A stretch of DNA of 49,547 nucleotides from Polyangiaceae bacterium (GTDB taxonomy: Bacteria > Myxococcota_A > Polyangia > Polyangiales > Polyangiaceae). The stretch lies in the NCBI GenBank assembly GCA_044222475.1, contig JBGANF010000050.1, positions 1-49,547 of the forward strand, written 5' to 3'. A program made the translations under genes and the position numbers. The notes under the pieces were generated by a model. The model saw nothing but the letters and a program-made list of their open reading frames with translations, searched no databases and had not been told where the DNA came from. Shown here in pieces: positions 37,041 through 46,531 of this stretch; position 1 is the first letter of the stretch; each line of letters begins with the position of its first letter.

Positions 37041-39008
37041 TCACGCCAGCCGCGAGAACCGCTTCTTCGACGACGGAAAATCCACCCCGAGCGCCGCGCC
37101 CGCCATGAGCCCCATCCCGAGCGACACCAGCATCGGTGGCCAGGACAGCTGCGGAGACGGCGCGTCGCCGTCCGGTCCGAGGACCGTCACTCCCGCTCCC
37201 ACGACCACAGTCGCGATCGCGATCCACTGATAGAGGCGCAGCCCCTTCCAGATCGTGGTCTGCGGCTCGCCGCGGTACGACTCCTCGACGAACCTCCCGA
37301 TCCCGGTGAGCACCAGGTAGAGCCCGCCAATGAACCTGAGCGGCGCGTGCAGCGACCAAAGGCGCCCCATGACCATCGCGATGACCACGTTCCACAGGAT
37401 CGAATAGAGCGGCGTCGGGTGAAGCGGCTTGCCCTCGAGGTGGGCGATGCGCGTCACGCGAGAACGCGGGTGCGTGTAGCGGATCCCGATCTCTTCGGTC
37501 GTCGGAGCGCCGTGGCAGCACCCCTGCACGAGGCACCTCAGGCGCCCCACCGACTGGACCCATGGCCCCGCCACCGAGGTCGCCGCGAGCATCACCCACG
37601 TCGGCACGCCCACGAGCGGAGAGAGGAGGGCGCCGACGATGATGCCGACCACTCCGCCGTAGTAGCCATACGGGCGCAGGAGCTGCGACGAGCCCTCCAC
37701 GAGCTGCGCCCAGAGCGCCGAGCAGATCACCGCGCTGACGACGGTGAGCACGATCGCGCCGGCGCTGCGCGGCCCGGCGAGCCCGCCCACGATCACGCCC
37801 GCGAGCGCGGTGCCCAGACCCGCGTAGAGGCCATGGTTGATGACGCGCACGGGCCCGAGTCGCCACTCGCGCCACGAGTTGGCGACCCTCTCCGAGCCGC
37901 GCCTCAGCGCTTGCCAGATCCACGAGGCCCGCACGACGGCGAGCGAGGCCACGCCGCCACCGACGACGTCGACCAGCGAGTGCATGCCCGTCGTCAAGCA
38001 GCTCACGGCGACGAGGAACGCCCATGCTCGCGCGAGCAGCCTCGCGCGCGGCCAGGCGTCGCCGAACACGGCGGCCGCGAGCACGGCCCAGATCACGTGG
38101 AACGAGGGCATCGCGCAGCCGTCGCCGTCGACCGAGCGCTCGAACGCCAAGATCCGACCCCACATCGACCCGGCCTCGAAGGGCCTCGGCGGCGCGATGA
38201 ACGGGAACGTGAGGTAGAGCGGGAAGACCAGCGCCATCGCCAGCAGGCCCCGCATCGCGAAGCGGCGCAGCGAGGCCTGCGTCGGAGCGACGAGCGTCGC
38301 CAGGGCTACCGCGAAGTAGGTGCTCGCGTAGACGAGCTCGGACGGCTGAACGACCGGCCATCCCTCTTCGGCGCGGAGGAACGTGACGATCGCGTCGGGA
38401 GGGTCCCCGAGGTGGACGATGGCCTCGTAGACGAACATCCATGGCCAGAGGACGAGCACGTGCACCGACGCACGGTCCCACGGGGTGGGACGCGCGTCCG
38501 CGTCGGGCGGTAGGTGAATCCACGTGGGAGGATGCGATCTCCCGAAGCGAGCGATCAGATCGTGCCGCTCGTATCCCAGGACGAGCGCAACGGTCGCCGC
38601 GATGAGGACGGGCGACACGAGCCACAGTCCCGCCGCCGAGCCCGTGAAGACCGAGACCCCGACGACCGCGAGGCAGAAGCCCACGTAGATGGGGTGCGGC
38701 ACGAGCGCGTAGATGCCGCGCGAGACGAATCGCGGTGGCGGAAAGGCGTTCATGGGCAGACCGCCGCCGTACGCGCGCAGCGCCCACATGCCCGAGAGAA
38801 CGAGCACGACACCGACGCCCACCAACGCGAGCCCGAGCGGCTGCGACTGGAGCGACTCGAAGCGCATCGCGCGCGAAGCGCCGCGCGCCCACGCGAGGAG
38901 CGCCACCGGCAGCACGATCACGAAGAGCGCCCCGTAGGCCACCTTGCCCGCAAGGTGCCCCCCCGGGCTCGCGTCTCCGCCCGGCTTCCCCTCGGCTTCA
39001 GCGGTCAT
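37041..39008 (-). CDS. Membrane fusion: ICMT/PEMT-like methyltransferase + PAP2-like + Lgt-like domain
   Basis: GIYALVPHPIYVG...YERHDLIARFG (ICMT/PEMT); AMPSFHV...TTGMHSLVDVVGG (PAP2 C2/C3); GRLRCLVQGCCHG, LHPTPLY, RFVEESYRG (Lgt). Confidence 0.8.
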   Translation of the reverse strand: MTAEAEGKPGGDASPGGHLAGKVAYGALFVIVLPVALLAWARGASRAMRFESLQSQPLGLALVGVGVVLVLSGMWALRAYGGGLPMNAFPPPRFVSRGIYALVPHPIYVGFCLAVVGVSVFTGSAAGLWLVSPVLIAATVALVLGYERHDLIARFGRSHPPTWIHLPPDADARPTPWDRASVHVLVLWPWMFVYEAIVHLGDPPDAIVTFLRAEEGWPVVQPSELVYASTYFAVALATLVAPTQASLRRFAMRGLLAMALVFPLYLTFPFIAPPRPFEAGSMWGRILAFERSVDGDGCAMPSFHVIWAVLAAAVFGDAWPRARLLARAWAFLVAVSCLTTGMHSLVDVVGGGVASLAVVRASWIWQALRRGSERVANSWREWRLGPVRVINHGLYAGLGTALAGVIVGGLAGPRSAGAIVLTVVSAVICSALWAQLVEGSSQLLRPYGYYGGVVGIIVGALLSPLVGVPTWVMLAATSVAGPWVQSVGRLRCLVQGCCHGAPTTEEIGIRYTHPRSRVTRIAHLEGKPLHPTPLYSILWNVVIAMVMGRLWSLHAPLRFIGGLYLVLTGIGRFVEESYRGEPQTTIWKGLRLYQWIAIATVVVGAGVTVLGPDGDAPSPQLSWPPMLVSLGMGLMAGAALGVDFPSSKKRFSRLA

Positions 39009-39158
39009 ACGGCCAGGTGTACAATGCAACACTGGCGCCACTCGACCGTCGAGCCTCCGCGCAGCCTCGACGGCGACTTTCGTGCATTGCGTGCGCCTCG
39101 GTGCAAAAGCCGCATCGCCGGAGCCGGGGCGTGAGCGCAACGGTCTCGGAATCAGCGC

Positions 39159-39174
39159 CGGTATGCGACTTGCT
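39159..39174 (+). promoter_or_regulatory. Putative sigma-54 promoter
   Basis: CGGTATG-CGAC-TTGCT upstream of the radical SAM gene. Confidence 0.5.
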
Positions 39175-39197
39175 CCACGACGACCCGAGGTGCAGCT

Positions 39198-40391
39198 GTG
39201 AAGCTCCAAGAGATCGCCATCCACGAACGGCTCGCGCCGCAGAAGCCGTCGGCTCGCGAGACGCCGCACGTCACGATCGAGCCCAACACGACGTGCAACA
39301 TCCGTTGCGCGTACTGCTACGCCATCGAAGAAGCGGCCATCAAGACGCTCAGTCAAGTCGAGGACGAGATCGACCTCGCGCTCACGAAGCGAAACCTGGA
39401 CGCGATCAGCCTGCTCGGCGGCGAGCCGACGCTGCACCCCGACATCGTGCGCATCGTGAAGTACGTCAAGTCGAAGGGCCTCGTGTGTCAGGTCCTCACC
39501 AACGGGGTGCGCTTCGTGCGGGACGGCGACACCGATCTCCTCGACGCCCTCGTCGCGGCGGGAGTGGACCGCTTCTTGGTCCACATCGACCACGGGCAGA
39601 AGCACGTCCACGGAGACATCGACCGCGCGCGACACGCCATGTTCGACATGCTCGATCGACGGCGCGTCTCCTATGGGCTCTCCCTCACCCTCTACCCCGG
39701 TGAGGAAGCGACGCTCTCGGCGGTGATGCGCGCGTACGCGCATCACCCCTACTTCGACGGTGTGCTCTGCACGCTGGCGTTCGACATCGACCGCGCGTTC
39801 GACGAGGACGATCACGAGCGCAAGCGCCGCCCCAGCATGACCAAGGTCTACCGGGGAATTCGCGAAGGCCTCGGCATCGAGCCGTCGACCTACCTCCCGT
39901 CGAGCACCGACGACGACGAGGTGTGTTGGCTCATGTACTTCTACTACCTCGACGCGAAGACCGGCGCGACGTTCGCGCTGTCGCCCGAGTTCAACCGCGC
40001 GTTCAAGAGGCTCTTCCGCGCCGTGAAGGGGCACGACTTCTTCGCCGAGACCATGAACCCCAAGTGGATGCGGGCGTCGCTCGCCGCGACGAGCGCGGTC
40101 GAGCTCGCGTTGCATCCCACGCGCGCGCGCTCGCTGGCGCGGCTGCTCTCGGGCTCGAGGTCCGATCGGCGGTTCCACTACATCGTCGTCCAGCAGGGCC
40201 CGCTCTTCGACGAGGCCCGCGGCCGCGTTCAGATCTGCTGGCAGTGCCCCGACGCGACGATCCGCAACGGCAAGCTGACTCCGGTCTGCATCGCGGGTCG
40301 GGTCAATCCCCTCGGCGGCCGCCCGGTCACCGCGCCGCCCGACGTGGTGCGTACCGTCCTCTCCCATCTCGGCGAGCGTCCTGAGCAGTGA
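39198..40391 (+). CDS. Radical SAM protein
   Basis: CNIRCAYC, LGGEPTLHP, LTNG; C-terminal CWQCPDA...PVC. Confidence 0.9.
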   Translation: MKLQEIAIHERLAPQKPSARETPHVTIEPNTTCNIRCAYCYAIEEAAIKTLSQVEDEIDLALTKRNLDAISLLGGEPTLHPDIVRIVKYVKSKGLVCQVLTNGVRFVRDGDTDLLDALVAAGVDRFLVHIDHGQKHVHGDIDRARHAMFDMLDRRRVSYGLSLTLYPGEEATLSAVMRAYAHHPYFDGVLCTLAFDIDRAFDEDDHERKRRPSMTKVYRGIREGLGIEPSTYLPSSTDDDEVCWLMYFYYLDAKTGATFALSPEFNRAFKRLFRAVKGHDFFAETMNPKWMRASLAATSAVELALHPTRARSLARLLSGSRSDRRFHYIVVQQGPLFDEARGRVQICWQCPDATIRNGKLTPVCIAGRVNPLGGRPVTAPPDVVRTVLSHLGERPEQ

Positions 40392-41218
40392 GCCTGTACG
40401 GGTTTCGCAAGCTCTACTCGGATCTCGTGACCGCCGATGGCACGCTCGCGGTCGTCTACCTCACGTGGGTGACGCTCCTGGGGCGTACGTATGGGCGCGC
40501 GGGCGTCGAGGTGTACCGCCCCGACGGCACGAGGACCGTGCTCCTCGGAGCCGATCCCGCGCCGCTCGAGCCTCGAACCAGCGAGCCGCTCCGCATCGCG
40601 CTGCCGAAGGGGGAGCTCGTGCTCGCGTACGCGCCGGTGCACCGCGCGCTCGATGTGGGCCCCGCAACGACGTGCCCGAGCCTGCACTGGTCGGTGCTGC
40701 TCGCGCGGGGCGCCGCGACGCTCACCATCCCCGAGCTCGGAGCCCTCGAAGGCGTGGGCTACGTGGACTGGGTCACGATCTCACGCCCGACCCGCACGCT
40801 CGGCCTGCGGCTCCTCGATTGGGGCCGCGTCCACACGCCACGCCAGACGCTCGTCTACACCTCCCTCGAGCACGAGGACGGCCGGCGATGGCAGGTCTCG
40901 GGTGCGTGGCAGGTGGGCCGCGAGGACGCGAGGGTCGACGGCGGCGTGTCGGTGGCCATCGACGATCGCGGCTCGGGCCACGTCGACGCCGGGCCCGAGC
41001 GCGTGTCCCTCCACGCCGAGAGGGTCCTCCACGACGGCGACGCCTTCGGCCCCGAGCGCATCGCGAGTCGCGCCGATCGGATCGTCGTCAACGCGCTCGG
41101 TGGTCCGACCGACGAGACGCGCTGGATGGGGAGAGCGACCATGGCCGACGACGAGGGCCGAGCCGTCTACGAGCGGGTGCGCTTCGGAGCGGCCGCCACG
41201 GAGAGGACCCGACGTTGA
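40388..41218 (+). CDS. Hypothetical beta-rich protein, CrtC/AttH-like (tentative)
   Basis: KLYSDLV, GVGYVD, LDWGR, AVYERVRF; GTGA overlap with the radical SAM gene. Confidence 0.55.
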   Translation: MSLYGFRKLYSDLVTADGTLAVVYLTWVTLLGRTYGRAGVEVYRPDGTRTVLLGADPAPLEPRTSEPLRIALPKGELVLAYAPVHRALDVGPATTCPSLHWSVLLARGAATLTIPELGALEGVGYVDWVTISRPTRTLGLRLLDWGRVHTPRQTLVYTSLEHEDGRRWQVSGAWQVGREDARVDGGVSVAIDDRGSGHVDAGPERVSLHAERVLHDGDAFGPERIASRADRIVVNALGGPTDETRWMGRATMADDEGRAVYERVRFGAAATERTRR

Positions 41219-41324
41219 AACTCGCGAACCATCGCGAGGGTAACAATGTTACGTGGATCGTCGAAAACCACTTACGCCCACCTTGGCGCCATCGTAGGAA
41301 ATGAGCCGAAAGGGAGGGTGTTCC

Positions 41325-42008
41325 GTGAAGTACCTCGCCGCGTTCTCGTTCGCCTCGATCGCCGCCATCGCCTGCAGCTCGGAGGGTGGAGCCCCGTCGT
41401 CGCCCACACCTCAGGAGGACGCCGCCGTCGACTCCGCGCCGTCGTGCGCGTGCCCCTCGTCGTGCGAATCCACCACCGAAGCCGGGTGGCAGGTCTGCAC
41501 CCCCAAGGACGCCCCGGCCGACGTACCCGCGTCGCAGAAGGTCGGAAAGTACCAAATTGGTAACTTCGAGTACTGGCCCTACTCGCACCCCAACCCGTAC
41601 CCGAACTACACGATCTGCGGCTACAACGGCGAGCAGGAGTGCGGCTGGAACGGCCCCGCCAAAGGCCCCCCGCCCGACGCCGCTCGCCGCTGCATGGCCG
41701 AGGCCCGCGCCGTCCTCGAGGACATCCTCAAGAACGACGTCCCGCCCGAGCTCGACGAGCTGCGGACCAAGCAAGGCGTCTTCAAGTTCTGGAACTGGAA
41801 CAACGACATGACCGGCGCGCCCGAGGGCCGCAAGGCCACCTCGCGCGACCTCTGGCTCTACGACGGCGCGCGCGGCGACGGCGGCCTCATCAAGTGGATC
41901 AGCGAGACCGAGCGCGACGGGTCGTGCCACCTTCCGACCCGCGCCGACCTCGTGACGTTCGCCAAGGCATGCATCACCGATTTCCCGAAGTGCGGCTCCG
42001 GAAAATAA
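41325..42008 (+). CDS. Cys-containing hypothetical lipoprotein
   Basis: GGGAGG SD, GTG start, IAAIAC lipobox. Confidence 0.75.
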   Translation: MKYLAAFSFASIAAIACSSEGGAPSSPTPQEDAAVDSAPSCACPSSCESTTEAGWQVCTPKDAPADVPASQKVGKYQIGNFEYWPYSHPNPYPNYTICGYNGEQECGWNGPAKGPPPDAARRCMAEARAVLEDILKNDVPPELDELRTKQGVFKFWNWNNDMTGAPEGRKATSRDLWLYDGARGDGGLIKWISETERDGSCHLPTRADLVTFAKACITDFPKCGSGK

Positions 42009-42026
42009 GCGCTAGGCTGCGCCGCC

Positions 42027-43190
42027 ATGAAAGACGTCGTCATCGCCGCAGCCGTTCGTTCCGCCGTGGGTCGTGCGATCAAAGGGTCGCTCGCCCAAAA
42101 ACGCCCCGACGACCTCGCGGCCGAAGTGCTGCGCGGCCTGCTCGCGCGCGTGCCGAGCGTGAAGCCGGAGATGATCGAGGACCTCATCCTCGGCTGCGCC
42201 ATGCCCGAGGGCGAGCAAGGGCTCAACGTCGCTCGCGTCGTCGGTCTCCTCGGCGGACTCCCGATCGAGACGAGCGCGATGACGATCAACCGCTTCTGCG
42301 CGAGCGGCCTGCAAGCGCTCGCGCTCGGCGCGGGATCCATCGCGATGGGCACGAACGACATCGTCGTCTGCGGCGGCGTCGAGTCGATGAGCATGGTCCC
42401 GATGACCGGCAACAAGCTCTCGGCCTCGGCCGAGGCCATGGAGAAGTGCCCCGACGTCTACACCCCGATGGGCATCACCGCCGAGAACGTCGCCAAGAAG
42501 TTCGGCGTCACCCGCGAAGAGCAGGACAAGTTCGCCCTCGCGAGCCAGAAGAAGGCGTCCGCCGCCATCGAAGCGAAGAAGTTCGAAGCCGAGATCGTCC
42601 CGGTGAAGGGCGTCCGCTACGACGGCAACACCCACGTCGATTTCGAGTTCAAGCGCGACGAGCTCCCCCGTCCCGACACCACCCTCGAAGGGCTCACCGC
42701 GCTGAAGCCGTCGTTCTCGACGACCGGCACGGTGACGCCCGGCAACGCCTCGCCGCTCTCCGACGGCGCGGCCGCCGCGCTCCTCCTCAGCGGAGACAAA
42801 GCGAAAGAGCTCGGCGTGAAGCCGTTCGGCTATTTCCGCGCGTTCGCGACCGCCGGAGTCGACCCCGCGATCATGGGCATCGGCCCCATCCCCGCGGTGC
42901 AGAAGCTCCTCGCGAAGACCAAGCTCACCCTGAAGGACATCGACCTCGTCGAGATGAACGAGGCGTTCGCCAGCCAAGCCGTCTACTGCCAGAAGACGCT
43001 CGGCATCCCGGACGAGATCCTCAACGTCAACGGCGGCGCGATCGCGCTCGGTCACCCGCTCGGTTGCACCGGCGCCAAGCTCGTCGCGACCGCGCTCCAC
43101 GAGCTGCAGCGCCGCAAGGGCAAGCGCGCGATCGTCACGATGTGCATCGGCGGCGGCCAAGGCGCGGCCGGTCTCGTCGAGCTTGCGTAG
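42027..43190 (+). CDS. fadA: Acetyl-CoA C-acyltransferase (thiolase)
   Basis: INRFCASG, NEAFA, GGAIALGHPLG, MCIGGGQG. Confidence 0.93.
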   Translation: MKDVVIAAAVRSAVGRAIKGSLAQKRPDDLAAEVLRGLLARVPSVKPEMIEDLILGCAMPEGEQGLNVARVVGLLGGLPIETSAMTINRFCASGLQALALGAGSIAMGTNDIVVCGGVESMSMVPMTGNKLSASAEAMEKCPDVYTPMGITAENVAKKFGVTREEQDKFALASQKKASAAIEAKKFEAEIVPVKGVRYDGNTHVDFEFKRDELPRPDTTLEGLTALKPSFSTTGTVTPGNASPLSDGAAAALLLSGDKAKELGVKPFGYFRAFATAGVDPAIMGIGPIPAVQKLLAKTKLTLKDIDLVEMNEAFASQAVYCQKTLGIPDEILNVNGGAIALGHPLGCTGAKLVATALHELQRRKGKRAIVTMCIGGGQGAAGLVELA

Positions 43191-44325
43191 GATCTACGTC
43201 CGATCCGCGAGCGACGAAGGGGGACGCGCGGCTTCGGTGCTGGCCCGCGAGTGCGGGCTCGCGCTCGAGGCGGCTCGCGCGGTCCTGGGGCGACTCCCGC
43301 TCGTCGTCCCGCGGCAGTTCTCCGACGACGACGCGACGCGCATCGTCGAGCGACTCCGCGCGGCCGGCGTGGGCGCGGAAGGGGAGGCGGCGGACGGCCT
43401 GCCGCCTCCACCCTGCGCGACGCACCCGACGTTCGAATCGTATGCATCCTGCACGCAATGCAAGATCGCCCTGTGCACGGTGTGCGAAGCGATCTCGGGC
43501 GCAGCTTCCCTATGCCCTGCCTGCGGCGCGAAGAAGTCCAAGAAGTCGCGCTTCCAGCGCGTGCGCGTCTTCATCCTCCTCGGGATCCTCGCGCTCGTCG
43601 TCGTGTTCGCGGCGCACGACGTGTACGGCCGGAAGGCGCGCAAGGACTGGGACCACACGCTGTCGGTCGCGGTCGTCCTCCTCGAGGACGGCACCATCGA
43701 CGACGCCGCGATCGCGCGGTTCAAGGAGCGCACGCCCGCGCTCGAGGCGCGCCTCGCCGCGGAGCAAGCGCGCTGGCGCACCGGCGCACCGAAGCCGTTC
43801 GAGCTCTCGGTCTTCGGTCCGGTGAAGATGCACGCATCGCCGCCGCCCGCGCCGAGCGAAGACGGCGTCGTCGCGCTCGCAGGTCACTCGTGGGACATGT
43901 GGCGTTACCTCGGGCCGATCGACGACGAGGCCGGCGTCGCGTCGCGCGCGTACGACTCGCGCATCTACGTCGTGCTGCACGAGCCGCACGGCACCGGAGC
44001 GACCTTCGCGGAGGGCGAGAGCGAACAGGACGGACGCGTCGGCACCGTGGGCGTGGAGCTCGCCGACGGCAACGTCGACTTCGCGCTGATCGTCGTGGCT
44101 CACGAGCTCTTTCACACGCTGGGCGCGACCGACAAGTACGACGCGCAAGGTCACGCGAGGCGCCCGGCGGGACTGGCCGAGCCGGAGCTGGGAGAATCCC
44201 AGCGCTTCGTGGAGCTCATGGCGCGAACCCGACCCACCGGGAGCGGAGAAGAGAAGATCCCCGACTTCGTGGACGACATCGCGGTGGGGCCAGTGACGGC
44301 GCAGGAGATCGGCTGGACGCGCTAG
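43183..44325 (+). CDS. Membrane protein: L7/L12-C-like + B-box-like Zn finger + TM + HExxH zincin-like domain
   Basis: CATHP...CTQC...CTVC...CPAC; TM RVFILLGILALVVVF; AHELFHTLGA. Confidence 0.7.
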   Translation: MRRIYVRSASDEGGRAASVLARECGLALEAARAVLGRLPLVVPRQFSDDDATRIVERLRAAGVGAEGEAADGLPPPPCATHPTFESYASCTQCKIALCTVCEAISGAASLCPACGAKKSKKSRFQRVRVFILLGILALVVVFAAHDVYGRKARKDWDHTLSVAVVLLEDGTIDDAAIARFKERTPALEARLAAEQARWRTGAPKPFELSVFGPVKMHASPPPAPSEDGVVALAGHSWDMWRYLGPIDDEAGVASRAYDSRIYVVLHEPHGTGATFAEGESEQDGRVGTVGVELADGNVDFALIVVAHELFHTLGATDKYDAQGHARRPAGLAEPELGESQRFVELMARTRPTGSGEEKIPDFVDDIAVGPVTAQEIGWTR

Positions 44326-44332
44326 GTCCGTC

Positions 44333-44446
44333 TCTCCCCGTACACGTGAACGTGCCCGTGCCCGTGAACGAAGGCCGGTGCGATGGCGAGTCCGTAAGCG
44401 TCGTCGATCGGGCACGGGCACGGGCACGGGCACGTGTACGGGGAGA
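44333..44446. repeat. Inverted-repeat element: perfect 16-bp outer arms with inner (CCCGTG)/(CACGGG) hexamers
   Basis: TCTCCCCGTACACGTG (44333-48) / CACGTGTACGGGGAGA (44431-46); about 39-bp imperfect stem between convergent genes. Confidence 0.9.
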
Positions 44447-44458
44447 TCCTCGCGTCCG

Positions 44459-45025
44459 TCAGAACATGATCGACACACCAAACGTGCTCAGCGGATACCC
44501 GAGCCTCAGCGTGATCGCGAAGTACTCGTTGAAGTTGTAACGACCTCCAATCGCGAGGTGCGGCGCGAGCCCGAAGTCGCCGATGGTGCCGAAGGCGACG
44601 CCGGGCTCCGCGAACGCCGAGAAGTGCGTCGAGAGCCAGAAGTTCCACTGCATCACGACCGGGATCACGAGGCGCACGTCACCGCGAATGAACACGATGT
44701 CCGCACCGACGCCGATGCCGACGCTGTCGTTCAGCTTGGGGATGAACCCGTTCCTCACGATGTTGAACGTGAGACGAACGCCCGGACCGAAGCCGAAGTA
44801 GTCCTTGTCGTGCGCCTTCCCGAACGTGTTGAACGGTCCACCACCCACCGCGAGCACGCCGTGCGGCTCGATCTCGATCACGTACGAGGGGTGCTCCTCG
44901 GGTTGCTTGATGAGGAGCTGCTCGCCGGCGCGTGCCTCACGGCTCGGCAACGTCACGGCGCCGGCGAGCACGAAGGACGCCGCGAGTGCGGCCGAGACGA
45001 GCGATTGCGAGCGGATTCGATGCAT
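44459..45025 (-). CDS. Myxobacterial outer-membrane beta-barrel-like protein
   Basis: Signal peptide ending ARA; amphipathic strands; C-terminal Phe. Confidence 0.7.
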   Translation of the reverse strand: MHRIRSQSLVSAALAASFVLAGAVTLPSREARAGEQLLIKQPEEHPSYVIEIEPHGVLAVGGGPFNTFGKAHDKDYFGFGPGVRLTFNIVRNGFIPKLNDSVGIGVGADIVFIRGDVRLVIPVVMQWNFWLSTHFSAFAEPGVAFGTIGDFGLAPHLAIGGRYNFNEYFAITLRLGYPLSTFGVSIMF

Positions 45026-45111
45026 GGGCGCCATCATGACCACGATGTGGCCCCTTCGGCGCCGCAAGTTACGAGGAAGACGACGCCGTACCTTTGAGCT
45101 ACCTTGATAGG

Positions 45112-46524
45112 GTGCGTCGACCGTTCGCGATCGTGGGGCTCGCGGGTGTCGTGCTGGGGCTCGCCTCCATGCGCTGCGCCGAGGCCACGGCGGTCGTGGT
45201 CGAGGTCTACAGCGAGGTGCCGTGCTCCGCGAACGCGCAGGTCGTCCTGTTCGGCGGGCGATCGCTCTCCGATCTCGCGACCGCCGCACCGGCGGCGACC
45301 GCCACGACGTGCACCGCCGCGTCCGACGGGACGGTGCGCCGCGGCAGCGTCGTCATCACTCCCGCGACCAGCAACGACGAGACGATCGCGTTCGCCCTCG
45401 CGACTCGCCCCGACGGCACCTCGGCCGAGACGGGTTGCTTCGGCGCATCGAGCGGCTCGTGCATCGTCGCCAAGCGCCAATTCCGCTTCCTGAGTCGAAC
45501 GACGCTGAACATGCGCGTCGATCTGCGGACGTCGTGCCTCGGCGTCACGTGCGACCCGACCTCGACCTGCGTGAAGGGCAAATGCGTCGACGCATCCGTC
45601 AACACGACCGCGTGCGGCGGCAAACCGTGCGACGAGAACACCCTCACGCCGCCGGGCGATGGCGGCGTCGAAGCCGGACCCGACGCCGCCGCCGACGGCG
45701 GAACCGACGCACCGCCGGACGCACCGGAGCCGGCCTGCAACCCGACCCACGCGTTCGCCAACGTCGCGCAGCTCGCGCAGCTCGGGTCGACCGGGACCGA
45801 CATCGGCGTCGGGCTCACCGGCGACGAGCTCTTGGGCGTCATGTGGAGCAACCGCACTGGGATCGGTCGCATCTACACCACCGATCGTGCGCTCGTGACC
45901 GACCCGTTCACCGCGCCGACGATCGTGCCCGGCCTCGAGGTCGGCGGTTTCATCGATCGCGATCCGACGGTGACCGCGGACGGTCTCGGCCTCGTGTTCT
46001 CGTCGAACCGGCCCGGCGGCGCTGGCGGGTTCGATCTCTGGACGGCGTCGCGCGGCAGCCGAAACGTCGCCTTTGCGAATCCCCAACCGCTCGCCGCGGT
46101 GAGCACCGCCGGCCTCGAGCGAACGCCGTTCCTCCGCCACGGCGGGCTGGCCCTCTACCTGTCCGCTGGCGATCCGGGCGGGCTCTTCGTGTCGCGCCGC
46201 ACCATCCCGACCGATCCATTTCCCGCGCCGTCGCCCATCGCGGAGTTGAACACGGCGAGCGTCGAGACCTACCCGGTCGTGACGCCCGACGACCGAATCA
46301 TCTACTTCGCCACGGATCGTGGCGTCGGGATTGGCCTGTCCGTGTGGCGCGCGACCCGAGCGACCGAGGCCGGCCCGTTCGGAGTGCCCGAGCGCGTCGT
46401 CGAGCTCGACGGCGAAGGGGACGAGGTCCCGCTCTGGGTCTCGCACGACGACTGCACGATCTACTTCTCGCGGGGGCCGCTGGCCGGGAACACCGAGATC
46501 TTCCGCGCGACCCGCACGAAGTGA
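45112..46524 (+). CDS. Exported protein with PD40/TolB-like repeats
   Basis: DPTVTADGLGLVFSSNRPGGAGGFDLW; YPVVTPDDRIIYFATDR. Start uncertain (45094 or 45112). Confidence 0.75.
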   Translation: MRRPFAIVGLAGVVLGLASMRCAEATAVVVEVYSEVPCSANAQVVLFGGRSLSDLATAAPAATATTCTAASDGTVRRGSVVITPATSNDETIAFALATRPDGTSAETGCFGASSGSCIVAKRQFRFLSRTTLNMRVDLRTSCLGVTCDPTSTCVKGKCVDASVNTTACGGKPCDENTLTPPGDGGVEAGPDAAADGGTDAPPDAPEPACNPTHAFANVAQLAQLGSTGTDIGVGLTGDELLGVMWSNRTGIGRIYTTDRALVTDPFTAPTIVPGLEVGGFIDRDPTVTADGLGLVFSSNRPGGAGGFDLWTASRGSRNVAFANPQPLAAVSTAGLERTPFLRHGGLALYLSAGDPGGLFVSRRTIPTDPFPAPSPIAELNTASVETYPVVTPDDRIIYFATDRGVGIGLSVWRATRATEAGPFGVPERVVELDGEGDEVPLWVSHDDCTIYFSRGPLAGNTEIFRATRTK

Positions 46525-46531
46525 CGCGGCG

